From: Gemmatimonadales bacterium
GTDB lineage: Bacteria > Gemmatimonadota > Gemmatimonadetes > Gemmatimonadales > GWC2-71-9
NCBI GenBank assembly: GCA_037189525.1
Contig: JBBCJC010000011.1
Coordinates: 1 to 64,000, forward strand
Length of the DNA stretch: 64,000 nt
Direction: 5' to 3'
Made by a program: the position numbers and the translations under genes
In this document: positions 30,850 through 40,199 of the stretch, one piece after another
Position numbering within the stretch: position 1 is the stretch's first letter
How the letters are laid out: each line of letters opens with the position of its first letter
The notes under the pieces: model-generated
The model's input: the letters and a program-made list of their open reading frames with translations, nothing else
Database searches by the model: none
Told to the model about the DNA's origin: nothing

Positions 30850-32889
30850 ATGAATCTGCTTGGTCAATTCGCCCTCTGGGCCGCGCTGCTGATTTCGATC
30901 TGGGCCGTCGTGCTCGCATTTTCGGGGCAGACGGTCGAACGCGCCGAGGTGGCCCGCGCGGTTCGCCGGGCTCCGCACGCGGCCTCGCTGGCGGTCTGGA
31001 TCGCCTCGATCGCGCTGTGGAAGGCGCTCTTTGCGCACGACTTCAGCGTCGAATACGTCTACGCGTACACCTCGCGGAACCTCCCCGACTACTACCTCTT
31101 CTCGGCTTTCTGGGCCGGTCAGAAGGGCTCGCTGCTCTTCTGGGCGCTGGTGCTCGGGTCGTTTGCGTCGCTGGCCCAGATCGTCACGCCGCCGCGGTAT
31201 CGTGATCTCCTGCCCACCGTCGCCGGGGTGACCAGCGGGGTTCTCGCCTTTTTCCTTCTGGTGATGCTGGTCGGCGGGGCTAATCCGTTCGGCCAGCTGC
31301 CCTTCGTGCCGCCGGACGGACGCGGCCTCAATCCGCAGTTGCAAAACCCGGGGATGGTGATCCACCCGCCGATGCTCTATCTCGGGTATATCGGCCTCAC
31401 CATTCCGTTTGCGTTTGCCATCGCGGCGCTGTGGCATCGGCGGCTCGACAGCGGCTGGATCCACGCGATTCGCAAATGGTCGCTCGTGTCCTGGCTCTTC
31501 CTCTCGGTCGGCATCACCATCGGTATGTGGTGGGCGTATGTCGAACTCGGGTGGGGCGGCTACTGGGCCTGGGATCCGGTCGAGAATGCGAGCCTGCTGC
31601 CGTGGCTCACGCTGACGGCCTTCCTTCATTCCGTCATGATCCAGGAAAAGCGCGGGATGCTCAAGCGATGGAACGTGGGCCTGGTGATCGGCTCCTTCCT
31701 GCTCAGCATCTTCGGCACCTTCCTGACCCGGTCGGGCGTGATTGCGAGTGTCCACAGCTTCGCGCAGTCGAACGTCGGCTATTTCTTCCTGGCGTTTCTG
31801 GTCGTGGTCGGCGTCCTGTGCTACACCTTGCTGTACACCCGCTGGCCGGCGCTCGAGCCCGAGGCGCAACTCGAATCGCTCGCGAGCCGGGAAGCGGCCT
31901 TTCTGTTCAATAACCTGATCCTGATCGGGATTGCCTTCTCGGTTCTGTGGGGCACCATCTTTCCCGTCCTGTCCGAAGCCGTGCGGGACGTCAAGATTTC
32001 GGTCGGGCCGCCGTTCTTCAATCGCGTCAACGTTCCGCTCGGTCTGATGCTGCTGTTGCTGACGGGGATCGGTCCCTTGATTGCCTGGCGGAAGACGTCG
32101 GTGCCCAATCTGAAGCGGCAGTTCGCGGCGTCGTTAGGCGGCGCGCTGGTGACCGCGGTCGTCCTGCTGGTCGCCGGGATGCGCGACTTCTATGCCCTGA
32201 TTGCGCTGGTCATTGCCGCTTTCGTCCTCGGCACCGTGGTCCAGGAGTTCGTGCGCGGTATCCGGGCCCGCCGGCGCCTCTATGGTGAATCGCTGATCGT
32301 CGCCACCGGTCGCCTGGTAGGCAGGAACCGTCGCCGCTACGGGGGCTACCTGGTGCACGTTGCCATCGTGGTGTACTTCGTGGCGTTCACGGGCGGGGCC
32401 TTCAAAGTCACCCGGGAAGCCACGCTGCGGGTCGGCGAGTCGATGGACATCCGGAGTCCCTTCGGCGCGACCTATCGACTGACCCATCTGGGCGTTTCCC
32501 AGTATGACGCGCTCAACCGCCAGGTCTCGGCCGCTACGCTGGAAGTGCGCCGCGATGGCCAGAGGATCGGGACGGTGGTGTCGGAGAAGCGCCAGCACGT
32601 CGACAGCTTCGGCAATCCGACGTTCCAGCCCTCGACCGAAGTCGGGATCCTGCCCAGCATACGGGAGGACCTCTACGTCGTCTTTGCGGGCACGGTCGAT
32701 TTCACTGAGCGGGCTTCCTTTGCCATCACCCTCAATCCGCTGGTATGGTGGGTCTGGTTCGGTGGCATCCTGCTGGTCGTCGGCGGGCTGATCACGCTTT
32801 GGCCGGGCGGCCCGGGTATGGCACCGCAGGTAACGCGAGTGCGCGCGCCCGAAGCGCTGGAGCCGGCCCCCGAGCCGGTCAACGTATGA
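30850..32889 (+). CDS. ccmF: Heme lyase CcmF
   Basis: WAGQKGSLL, GLNPQLQ, IHPPMLYLGY, WGGYWAWDPVENAS, SVHSF. Confidence 0.96.
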   Translation: MNLLGQFALWAALLISIWAVVLAFSGQTVERAEVARAVRRAPHAASLAVWIASIALWKALFAHDFSVEYVYAYTSRNLPDYYLFSAFWAGQKGSLLFWALVLGSFASLAQIVTPPRYRDLLPTVAGVTSGVLAFFLLVMLVGGANPFGQLPFVPPDGRGLNPQLQNPGMVIHPPMLYLGYIGLTIPFAFAIAALWHRRLDSGWIHAIRKWSLVSWLFLSVGITIGMWWAYVELGWGGYWAWDPVENASLLPWLTLTAFLHSVMIQEKRGMLKRWNVGLVIGSFLLSIFGTFLTRSGVIASVHSFAQSNVGYFFLAFLVVVGVLCYTLLYTRWPALEPEAQLESLASREAAFLFNNLILIGIAFSVLWGTIFPVLSEAVRDVKISVGPPFFNRVNVPLGLMLLLLTGIGPLIAWRKTSVPNLKRQFAASLGGALVTAVVLLVAGMRDFYALIALVIAAFVLGTVVQEFVRGIRARRRLYGESLIVATGRLVGRNRRRYGGYLVHVAIVVYFVAFTGGAFKVTREATLRVGESMDIRSPFGATYRLTHLGVSQYDALNRQVSAATLEVRRDGQRIGTVVSEKRQHVDSFGNPTFQPSTEVGILPSIREDLYVVFAGTVDFTERASFAITLNPLVWWVWFGGILLVVGGLITLWPGGPGMAPQVTRVRAPEALEPAPEPVNV

Positions 32890-33500
32890 CCGGCCCGATC
32901 GATCGCCGTCGCGTTCTCGGTGTGCTGGCGGCCGGCCTGCTGGCCCGGCGCCTCGACGCGCAGCAGGCCGGGCAGCCCGGAGCGGCCGATCCGCTGCCAC
33001 GCCCCGGCGTGGTCGGTGCGCCGCGCCGAGTGGTCGATTCGGTTCAGAATGACCCGCAGATCGTCGCCGTCGAGCGGCGGCTCCGTTGCCCCTGTCCCTG
33101 CGGGCTCGACGTCTTTACTTGCCGGACCACCGATTTCACCTGCACCTATTCGCCGGCTCGGCACGACGAAGTGGTTGCCCTGTTCCGGGAAGGCAAGACC
33201 CCGGAGGAAGTGGTGGCCGCGTTCGTCGACCGGTACGGCGAAGAGGCGCTGATGGCGCCCAAGCCCGAGGGCTTCGGGATCGTCGGATACCTGCTGCCAG
33301 GCGCCGCCATCCTGACCGGCGCCAGCCTGCTCGGCTGGTACATCCTGCGCCGATCCCGGCTGCGTCGAGCCGCTGCCGGTGCGGTGGCGGTTTCGGATGT
33401 CTCACCGGCGCCGGTGCCGGACATCGCAGGCGCCGCCGATCGTGAAACGGCCCAGGATGTAGACCGGCTCCAGCGGGCCCTTCGGGATCTCGAGACCTGA
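32886..33500 (+). CDS. ccmH: CcmH-family cytochrome c biogenesis protein, Cys-rich variant
   Basis: RLRCPCPC..C..C, FVDRYGEEALMAP, C-terminal TM; ATGA overlap with ccmF. Confidence 0.85.
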   Translation: MTGPIDRRRVLGVLAAGLLARRLDAQQAGQPGAADPLPRPGVVGAPRRVVDSVQNDPQIVAVERRLRCPCPCGLDVFTCRTTDFTCTYSPARHDEVVALFREGKTPEEVVAAFVDRYGEEALMAPKPEGFGIVGYLLPGAAILTGASLLGWYILRRSRLRRAAAGAVAVSDVSPAPVPDIAGAADRETAQDVDRLQRALRDLET

Positions 33501-33985
33501 TGCTGGAACTCGCTGCCATCATCGTGCTCGGCCTGGTGCTCATCGGTATGGTGATGACACCGTTGCTCCGCAGGACGCCGGACCCGGACGACCTCGACGA
33601 ACCGTTGCCGCTCGAGGAGACCCGCCAGGGCCAGGCCCTGCTTGCCATCAAAGACCTCGATTTCGATCACGCCACCGGGAAGATCTCGGAGGATGATTAC
33701 CTCGCGTTGAAGGGCCGATTCACTTCCGCGGCACTTGCCGCGCTTCGGGACGAGCCGGCCGATCCCGCCGAGCAGCTGGTTGCGGCGCGGCGGGCGGCGC
33801 TCGACGGAGCCGGGCCGGTCGCGGTGTGTCCCGCCTGTGGCCCTCGGCCCGAATCGGACGCCCGTTTCTGTTCCGATTGCGGCCTCTCGCTCGATACCCC
33901 TACGACCTGCCCGAGCTGCGCGGCTCCGCTGCCGTCGGGAGCCCGTTTCTGTGCCGGTTGCGGGACTCGGGCGGCGGCAGCGTAG
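33500..33985 (+). CDS. CcmI N-terminus-like membrane protein with double zinc ribbon
   Basis: TM, IKDLDFDHATGKISEDDY, CPAC/CSDC/CPSC/CAGC. Confidence 0.75.
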   Translation: MLELAAIIVLGLVLIGMVMTPLLRRTPDPDDLDEPLPLEETRQGQALLAIKDLDFDHATGKISEDDYLALKGRFTSAALAALRDEPADPAEQLVAARRAALDGAGPVAVCPACGPRPESDARFCSDCGLSLDTPTTCPSCAAPLPSGARFCAGCGTRAAAA

Positions 33986-34033
33986 TCCGGATCGGATAGC
34001 CCGCGCATCGATTGCTGCGCAGTTGATGCCTGC

Positions 34034-35299
34034 TCAGCGCATTTCCAGTCTGATCGCCCCGTTCATCACGCTGTTCTCACCCCGAACGACCCAGTTGGCT
34101 CCCGGCAGGTACGCATTGGCCGCCGCCACATCTTCGACCGCATTGCCGACCGGGTCGTCGTTGGTCGAGAAGAATGAGAACGTCGCCTTGAGCATCCGGA
34201 TCCAGATCGGCGCCTTCTCGAAGATCCGCCCGCCGGCGCGCGCGACGTCCTTGCCGCCGGTGTTGTCGCCGTAGACCAGCCGAATCGATTCGAAGAGGGC
34301 GTTGGCGCGGTTCTGATCGATCTTGATCTGGCAGGCGCCATCGTCGTCCTCCACCACGAATACCCTGAGCGCCTGGCCGGGATGCTGGGTCTGGTAGCTG
34401 TTCAACTGCGCCTGGCTCATCAACATGACGTTTCCGGACCATTGGGTACTGTTCTGGTCGAAGGTGTAGGGGCCGCCCGCATGTTCGCCGGCGCACTGAT
34501 AGCTGGTCAGCGCGTTCTCGGAACCGGCCTTACCCAGGACGTGAACCTCGAACTCGGGGGCCCCTTTGAACCAGCCTTCGAAGGTGTCGACGAATTTGGC
34601 GCGCGTCATGAACAGGCCCTGGGATGCGGTCGAGCCGCCACTGCCACCGCCGCCTCCCCCGACGCTGCCACCTCCTCCACCGCCGCCCGGACCCAGCATG
34701 TCGTCACAGGCCATCAGGCACGAGTTGGCCATCGGCCGATCGAAGTCGATCTCCGCGCGGCCGAGCATCAGCACCGGGGTCTCGGGCGGAGTGGTGGGGC
34801 TCAGCAGGTGGCGTCGCCCGGCCAGATCGAAGGCGACCGGCGCATCATTATCGAGTTCGGCCGTGGCAACCAGCAGGTCCTCGCCGCCGTTCCACCGGGC
34901 CCGGTGTTCCGGCACCGGAAAGTAGACCTCGATGGCCGGCCCGTCGGCGATCCGTTCCGTGACGCCGATTTCGGCCGAAGCGGTCGGCGCAGCAAGGTGC
35001 GCATAGGCGCGCCTGTCCCGGCTCAGGAAGCCCTGCAGGCTGATTTTCCCTTCGGGGAGCGGTGAATGGCGAAGTTCCAGCATCACCGTGCGCCGAAACT
35101 CCGGATTGCGCATGGCGACGGCCACTTGCTCGGCAAGCCATTCGTGGCGCTCGCGAAGATGGGCCAGGTAGGGCGGGTCGGCGGGAGGTCTAACTGCTTG
35201 CTCCGCATTCGGCTGGGTCGGATGGACGGTCGGTCGGTCGCTGCAGGCGGCAAGACCCAGGAGCAACGCGGCGGCGAGGCCGGTACGGCGGTACGACAT
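34034..35299 (-). CDS. Lipoprotein, DUF3103-like
   Basis: Lipobox LAAC; AFDLAG, EGWFKGAPEFEVH, VEDDD; Gly-rich linker. Family name is from recall only. Confidence 0.7.
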   Translation of the reverse strand: MSYRRTGLAAALLLGLAACSDRPTVHPTQPNAEQAVRPPADPPYLAHLRERHEWLAEQVAVAMRNPEFRRTVMLELRHSPLPEGKISLQGFLSRDRRAYAHLAAPTASAEIGVTERIADGPAIEVYFPVPEHRARWNGGEDLLVATAELDNDAPVAFDLAGRRHLLSPTTPPETPVLMLGRAEIDFDRPMANSCLMACDDMLGPGGGGGGGSVGGGGGGSGGSTASQGLFMTRAKFVDTFEGWFKGAPEFEVHVLGKAGSENALTSYQCAGEHAGGPYTFDQNSTQWSGNVMLMSQAQLNSYQTQHPGQALRVFVVEDDDGACQIKIDQNRANALFESIRLVYGDNTGGKDVARAGGRIFEKAPIWIRMLKATFSFFSTNDDPVGNAVEDVAAANAYLPGANWVVRGENSVMNGAIRLEMR

Positions 35300-35417
35300 G
35301 GTTCCCCCTTGCTAGTGGTGACCGGCCCGCGTTCGGCGGGTCGGGATCACACACTAGGAAGGGGTGCGAAGGTGGCGTGAAGCGAGAAAACGCAACGCGG
35401 CGCGAAAACGCGCGAGG

Positions 35418-37133
35418 TCAGACTTCCAGGGCTTCGAGACGCTTGAGACTGCGCTGCAACGGAATGATCGTCGCCGCGGCGCAGAGCAGAAAAACTTTGC
35501 CGAGCACCAGCCAGAGCTCGGGCGGCAGATCGTTTTCGCCGCCGCCCATCTGATACTGGCGCAAGTGCTCGGCCACCGGCCGGGCCTCGATGGCAATGAT
35601 GCCGGCCAACAGCAGAATGGCGGTCATCATGAAGACCAGGCCGCCGAAGCTGGTCGGGATCTGGGCGGCATTCTCGGTGTCGAACTGCGGATAGAGCACG
35701 CCCAGCGAGAGCGCGAGCGCGCCGGCCGCCATGGTAAAACAGGCGATCGTGACGACCGACAGGAACATCATGAACGGCGATGCGCGCAGGATCTCGTTGG
35801 TCACCACCGTGATAGTCAGCGCCACGACGAGCAGCGGCGCGGTGCCGACCCAGTACTTGCTCCACAGCATGGCGCGCAGGTCGAGCGGGCTCGATTTGAG
35901 GAGCCAGAGCTGGCGGCCTTCCAGCGAAACCGAGGGGAAGATGAATCGAGCGGCAATGGCCGCCAACACGAACCCGGCGAGTCCCTGATTCAGGAAGACC
36001 ACCAGGGTCACCAGGATGTACGGCACCCGTTCGCCGGTGTAGAGCGGCAGGGCGCGGATGTTGAAGACGTAGACGACCAGGAGAACGCCCAGCAGGATCA
36101 GCTGGCTCCACTGCGTGGTGTCGCGGAAAAAGACCCGCAGATCCTTGAGAACGAATTCACGCTTGGTCACCGGCAGAAAGCGAAGCACGCGCGACGCGAC
36201 TCGCTGCCAGGCCTGTCCCGCGGCATAGGTGTCGGCGCCCTCCTGGGCCTTGGAGAAGCCCTTGGGAAAGAGCCGGCTGTGGAGCGCGGCACCGAGGACG
36301 ATGAACGCTCCCGCGGTGGTCCAGAGCAGCATCAGCGGCAGCGGATCGGCCACGCGGCCCAGCCAGTTCATCATGGCGTTGGCCGCCCACTCGCTGGGCA
36401 TCAGCGGGTGACTGGGCGCCTGCAACTCCGCTACGAAGTCGACCAGGTTCCGGAATCCTTCGGGACGGGACAGCTGTTCCGGACGGAGGAACCGGAGCAC
36501 CAGCACGACGCCACCCACGGCGCCGATGGCAATCAGGGTCAGCAGATCGCGCGCGCGGCGGGCCGGGAAGACGTTGACCAGGAGCAGCGTGATGGTCGAG
36601 CCGACTACGGTGGGGAGCAGGAAATAGGGAATCAGCGCGCCCAGCGCAGCGATCGGAAAGAGGAAACCGCCGTCGTAGACCACCCCATACGCCGTCAGGA
36701 TCGGCACCAGCAGGAGCGCCACCATCCACGACGAGTGGATCAGCGTCTCGATCAGCTTGGCCAGATAGAGCCGGGCCCAGTCGACCGGGGCCGAGACCAG
36801 CATGTCGAGGTCTTTGGCCAGGAAAAAGGTCGAGAGCGCGGTGACGAGATTGGACAGGAGCAGGATGGCGGAAAACGCCAGCAGCAGCATGCTCAGGATC
36901 TTGCCCGCCAGCAGGCCGCCGATTTCCGGGGTCGTGCCGAGGTAGCGGAGGACCCGATAGAATATGGCAAACGCTCCGGCCCAGAAGCCGCCGCCGATGA
37001 CGACGAGGAGCAGGACGCGCCAGAACGCATCGCTCCGCCCCTTGGCCATCCGTGCCCGGACGCTGCGCCACTTCGGCTCGAGGATCCGGACGACGCCGGC
37101 TCCCCGATCGACTTTAGCGGTCGAGGACTGCAC
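35418..37133 (-). CDS. Putative ABC transporter permease
   Basis: Many TM segments; SKAQE, FFRDTTQWSQL, FPSVSLEG; overlaps the ABC ATPase gene. Confidence 0.85.
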   Translation of the reverse strand: MQSSTAKVDRGAGVVRILEPKWRSVRARMAKGRSDAFWRVLLLVVIGGGFWAGAFAIFYRVLRYLGTTPEIGGLLAGKILSMLLLAFSAILLLSNLVTALSTFFLAKDLDMLVSAPVDWARLYLAKLIETLIHSSWMVALLLVPILTAYGVVYDGGFLFPIAALGALIPYFLLPTVVGSTITLLLVNVFPARRARDLLTLIAIGAVGGVVLVLRFLRPEQLSRPEGFRNLVDFVAELQAPSHPLMPSEWAANAMMNWLGRVADPLPLMLLWTTAGAFIVLGAALHSRLFPKGFSKAQEGADTYAAGQAWQRVASRVLRFLPVTKREFVLKDLRVFFRDTTQWSQLILLGVLLVVYVFNIRALPLYTGERVPYILVTLVVFLNQGLAGFVLAAIAARFIFPSVSLEGRQLWLLKSSPLDLRAMLWSKYWVGTAPLLVVALTITVVTNEILRASPFMMFLSVVTIACFTMAAGALALSLGVLYPQFDTENAAQIPTSFGGLVFMMTAILLLAGIIAIEARPVAEHLRQYQMGGGENDLPPELWLVLGKVFLLCAAATIIPLQRSLKRLEALEV

Positions 37134-37872
37134 TCAGCTCTCGCTCTCCCAATCCGCCGGTGAGTTTGAGGAAGATGTCCTCGAGGCTTGCATCGCCCGC
37201 CGCCGTCTGTTCCCGAATTTCGGCCATGGTGCCGGCCGCCGCGATCTTGCCGCCGAACACGATTCCGATCCGGTCGCACATCACTTCGGCGATCTCGAGC
37301 GTGTGGGTGCTCATCAGGACGGTGCCGCCGCGCTCGACAAAGCCGCGAAACAGGTCCTTGAGGAGCCGCGCGCTCTTGGGGTCGAGACCGACCATCGGCT
37401 CGTCCACTACGATCACATCGGGCCGATGCACCATGGCGCTCGAGATGATCAGCTTCTGTCGCATACCGTGGCTGTATGACTCGGTCAGTTCGTGTTTCCA
37501 GGGCGCCAGCTCGAACAGCTCAAGCAATTCATCGAGGCGCCGCTCGATCTCCGGCCCCGATTGCCCGTACAGCCCCGCGACGAATCGAAGGAATTCGGCG
37601 CCGGTGAGTTTGTCGTAGACGAAGGGACGGTCCGGAATGAAGCCGAGCCGTTGCTTGGCCTGCATCGGCTGGCTGACGATGTCGTAGCCCGCCACCGTGA
37701 CCGAACCGGAGGTCGGCCGGAGGATCCCGGCGATCATCCGCATGGTCGTCGTCTTGCCCGCCCCGTTCGGTCCCAGCAGGCCGTACAACGTCCCGGAGGG
37801 AATCTCGAGCGAGATCTGGTCGACCGCGGTGAACTTGCCATACCGCTTGGTCAGATTGGAAAGCTGAATCAT
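37114..37872 (-). CDS. ABC transporter ATP-binding protein
   Basis: GPNGAGKT, YSHGMRQK, IVVDEP, STH. Confidence 0.94.
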   Translation of the reverse strand: MIQLSNLTKRYGKFTAVDQISLEIPSGTLYGLLGPNGAGKTTTMRMIAGILRPTSGSVTVAGYDIVSQPMQAKQRLGFIPDRPFVYDKLTGAEFLRFVAGLYGQSGPEIERRLDELLELFELAPWKHELTESYSHGMRQKLIISSAMVHRPDVIVVDEPMVGLDPKSARLLKDLFRGFVERGGTVLMSTHTLEIAEVMCDRIGIVFGGKIAAAGTMAEIREQTAAGDASLEDIFLKLTGGLGERELSAVLDR

Positions 37873-39410
37873 GGTTGCGCGTCCGACGGAATCGGTTCGA
37901 GAACGGCGGCGCCGACCAAGGGCACCAGATCGATGGCGCGACCGTACCCGCCGGACACGATGCGCAGCAAGGACGCCGAGGCGGGGAACTGCCCGAAGGT
38001 CGGATCCACGGCAATCCAGGCATCATTCAGCCGGACCTCGGCCCAGGTATGCCCGTAGGTGGTGCCACCCACGACGGCCACGCCGCCCACCACTCGTGCG
38101 GTCAAGCCGCGCGCGCGCGCCAGGTCGGCAAACAGTGATGCCATGCCCTCGGCGCCGGCGCGACGGTCCCGGAGGACGCGGTCCGGCGCCTTGGCCGCGG
38201 CGAGCGAGCGGTCCGGCCGGACTTCGCGGTGGACCCATTCGGCCAGCGCGGCGACGACGGCACGGTCTCGTGCCTCCGGAGCGATTGTCGCTGCCTGCGC
38301 AGCAACGCTCGGCGCGATCGGACGCAGTTTTGCCGCGGGGTCGAGGAAACCACGGCGGACCGAGTCGGTTCCGACGGTGTGGCGACCGATGTCGATCCGG
38401 TCCTGGTCGGAGGACTGCCGCCCGCCGGTGAGCCACGTTGTCTGCGGTGCCGTGGCGCCTGCCGCGGTCCGGACGCGGTACTCGACGCTGTCGGCGCGGG
38501 GCAGGCGGAGGCCGGCTTCCAGCAGGCTGCGCATGGCCGGCAGGCGAGAACGAACCGTGGGATCTTTCGCCAGCTCCGCACGGTAGTTGATGTTGACCAG
38601 TTCGAAAGCCGATCGGGTCAGGCGGACGCCCAGCGGGGTTTCGCTCTCGACCAGATTGCCGTTGGCGTCGACCCAGAGGACTTCCGGCGTTCCGCTCGCG
38701 GCGTGCGTGAGCCGCCATGCGGTGACGGTATCGTATCGGGCCGGCTGCCAGGTCCGGGTGCCGCGGGTTTCGACCGCGCTGTCGGCGTACACGAACGACG
38801 ACTCCGCCGTCGCCGCGACTTCGAGCCGGCTGATCGTTCCGGTGGTCAGGTCGAGCAGATTGGTGATGCCCGACTGCCCCACGCTGAGGCGTCGGGCAAA
38901 GGCCAGCCGATAGGGCAGGATCTCGGGCAGCGCCACGTCTCCCGACACTCTGAGAGTCCATTCGCCCACCGTGCCGTCGCGGTCGTCCTGTTGGGCCAGC
39001 CGGAGCAGCGAATCACCCTCGACCGTGCCGCGAAGTTCGTCGAACTGTCCTCCGCCCGTTACGGTGCGGACAAAGCTGAGCAGACGCAAGCTGCGCGAGA
39101 GCGCGATGTCGGTCCGCCGGGTGATCCGGCGAATCGAGTCGTTGGTGATGGGGACGTCGAGGGCCATGACCTGGGAAACGCGGAAGCCGGCGGCCGTCGT
39201 GTCGATGGTGATGCTGGCGTATCCGATTTGGAGGTCGCCCGCCTTGACGGAATAGAAGAACGCGTCGGGATTGAGCCGAATGGTGGCTTCGGCGATGGTT
39301 TCCGCTTCGGTCTTGCCCAATTCGCGACGGGCCAGCCAGCCGAGTGCCGCGGCCCATGCGAGCAACATGACCTGTGCCGCTGTCCGCCGATTGAACACGC
39401 CAAGCTTCAC
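37869..39410 (-). CDS. Membrane-anchored transglutaminase-like protein lacking the catalytic Cys
   Basis: LARARGLTAR, HTWAEV and WIAVDPT present; the GDC position reads AGA. Confidence 0.82.
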   Translation of the reverse strand: MKLGVFNRRTAAQVMLLAWAAALGWLARRELGKTEAETIAEATIRLNPDAFFYSVKAGDLQIGYASITIDTTAAGFRVSQVMALDVPITNDSIRRITRRTDIALSRSLRLLSFVRTVTGGGQFDELRGTVEGDSLLRLAQQDDRDGTVGEWTLRVSGDVALPEILPYRLAFARRLSVGQSGITNLLDLTTGTISRLEVAATAESSFVYADSAVETRGTRTWQPARYDTVTAWRLTHAASGTPEVLWVDANGNLVESETPLGVRLTRSAFELVNINYRAELAKDPTVRSRLPAMRSLLEAGLRLPRADSVEYRVRTAAGATAPQTTWLTGGRQSSDQDRIDIGRHTVGTDSVRRGFLDPAAKLRPIAPSVAAQAATIAPEARDRAVVAALAEWVHREVRPDRSLAAAKAPDRVLRDRRAGAEGMASLFADLARARGLTARVVGGVAVVGGTTYGHTWAEVRLNDAWIAVDPTFGQFPASASLLRIVSGGYGRAIDLVPLVGAAVLEPIPSDAQP

Positions 39411-40195
39411 AGGCCTGCTACCTCGCGCGCTTTACGGTGCATCGTCATCGCAACCTCCTGCCGGCCGAGCCGATCATGCAGTCGGCCCAGCAGCGTAAAG
39501 CCTCGGGGATCGGTGGGCAGCGTCTCGACCGCCCACTGCAGCAACTCCTCGGCCTCGGCGAGATCGCCGCTCGTCAGGAGTGCTTCCGCCAGGTATAAGG
39601 CACACTCGGGGTCTCGAGGTGCCAGGGACCTGGCTTCCCGAAGCACCGAAACGGCCTCGGCCACCCCACCGAGCCGTAGCCGGGTGGTACCGAGGTAACG
39701 GTATGCAGGCCAGTAGCTTGCGTCCTTCCGGATGGCTTCCCGGAAATCCGCCTCAGCCGCCTGCGGTTGTCCCGACTGTGCATAGAGTGCGCCACGCCGT
39801 ACCAGGATCGGGGCCGCCTGACGGGTCAGCTCGAGCAGGACGCCGAGTTGTTCCAGGGCCTGCTCTGCCTCGCCGGCTTCCGCCAGCATTTCCGCCAGGG
39901 CCAGGCGGGGCTCGATGGTGTCCGGATGTGCGGCGACGAACTGGTCCAACGAGGCGATGGCGTCGAGGCGGCGCCCCCGCCGGCTCAGATCCCGGGCCCG
40001 GTCGACCGTCTGGATAGGCAACGGCGCGTCCGGGTCGGCGCTGGTCGGGAGCCGCTGCTCCGGAACATCCCGCTCGAACGGCCTGAGCGCGGTGATGGGG
40101 TCCGGACTGGAGTCGCCCTCCAGGGCCAATAGTTCGAAGCCCTCGAGGAGGCCCGGGTCGGCCTCGCCGGAGCGGGAATGGTGGAGCCGTCCCAT
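39407..40195 (-). CDS. Tetratricopeptide repeat protein
   Basis: About five TPR-like units (AEADFREAIRKDA, AVSVLREARSLAP). Confidence 0.85.
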   Translation of the reverse strand: MGRLHHSRSGEADPGLLEGFELLALEGDSSPDPITALRPFERDVPEQRLPTSADPDAPLPIQTVDRARDLSRRGRRLDAIASLDQFVAAHPDTIEPRLALAEMLAEAGEAEQALEQLGVLLELTRQAAPILVRRGALYAQSGQPQAAEADFREAIRKDASYWPAYRYLGTTRLRLGGVAEAVSVLREARSLAPRDPECALYLAEALLTSGDLAEAEELLQWAVETLPTDPRGFTLLGRLHDRLGRQEVAMTMHRKAREVAGL

Positions 40196-40199
40196 CGAT

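Noticed and set aside
35418..37872. ABC pair as the missing CcmAB
   Set aside because: The permease is about 570 aa (CcmB is about 220), on the opposite strand and coupled to the transglutaminase-like gene
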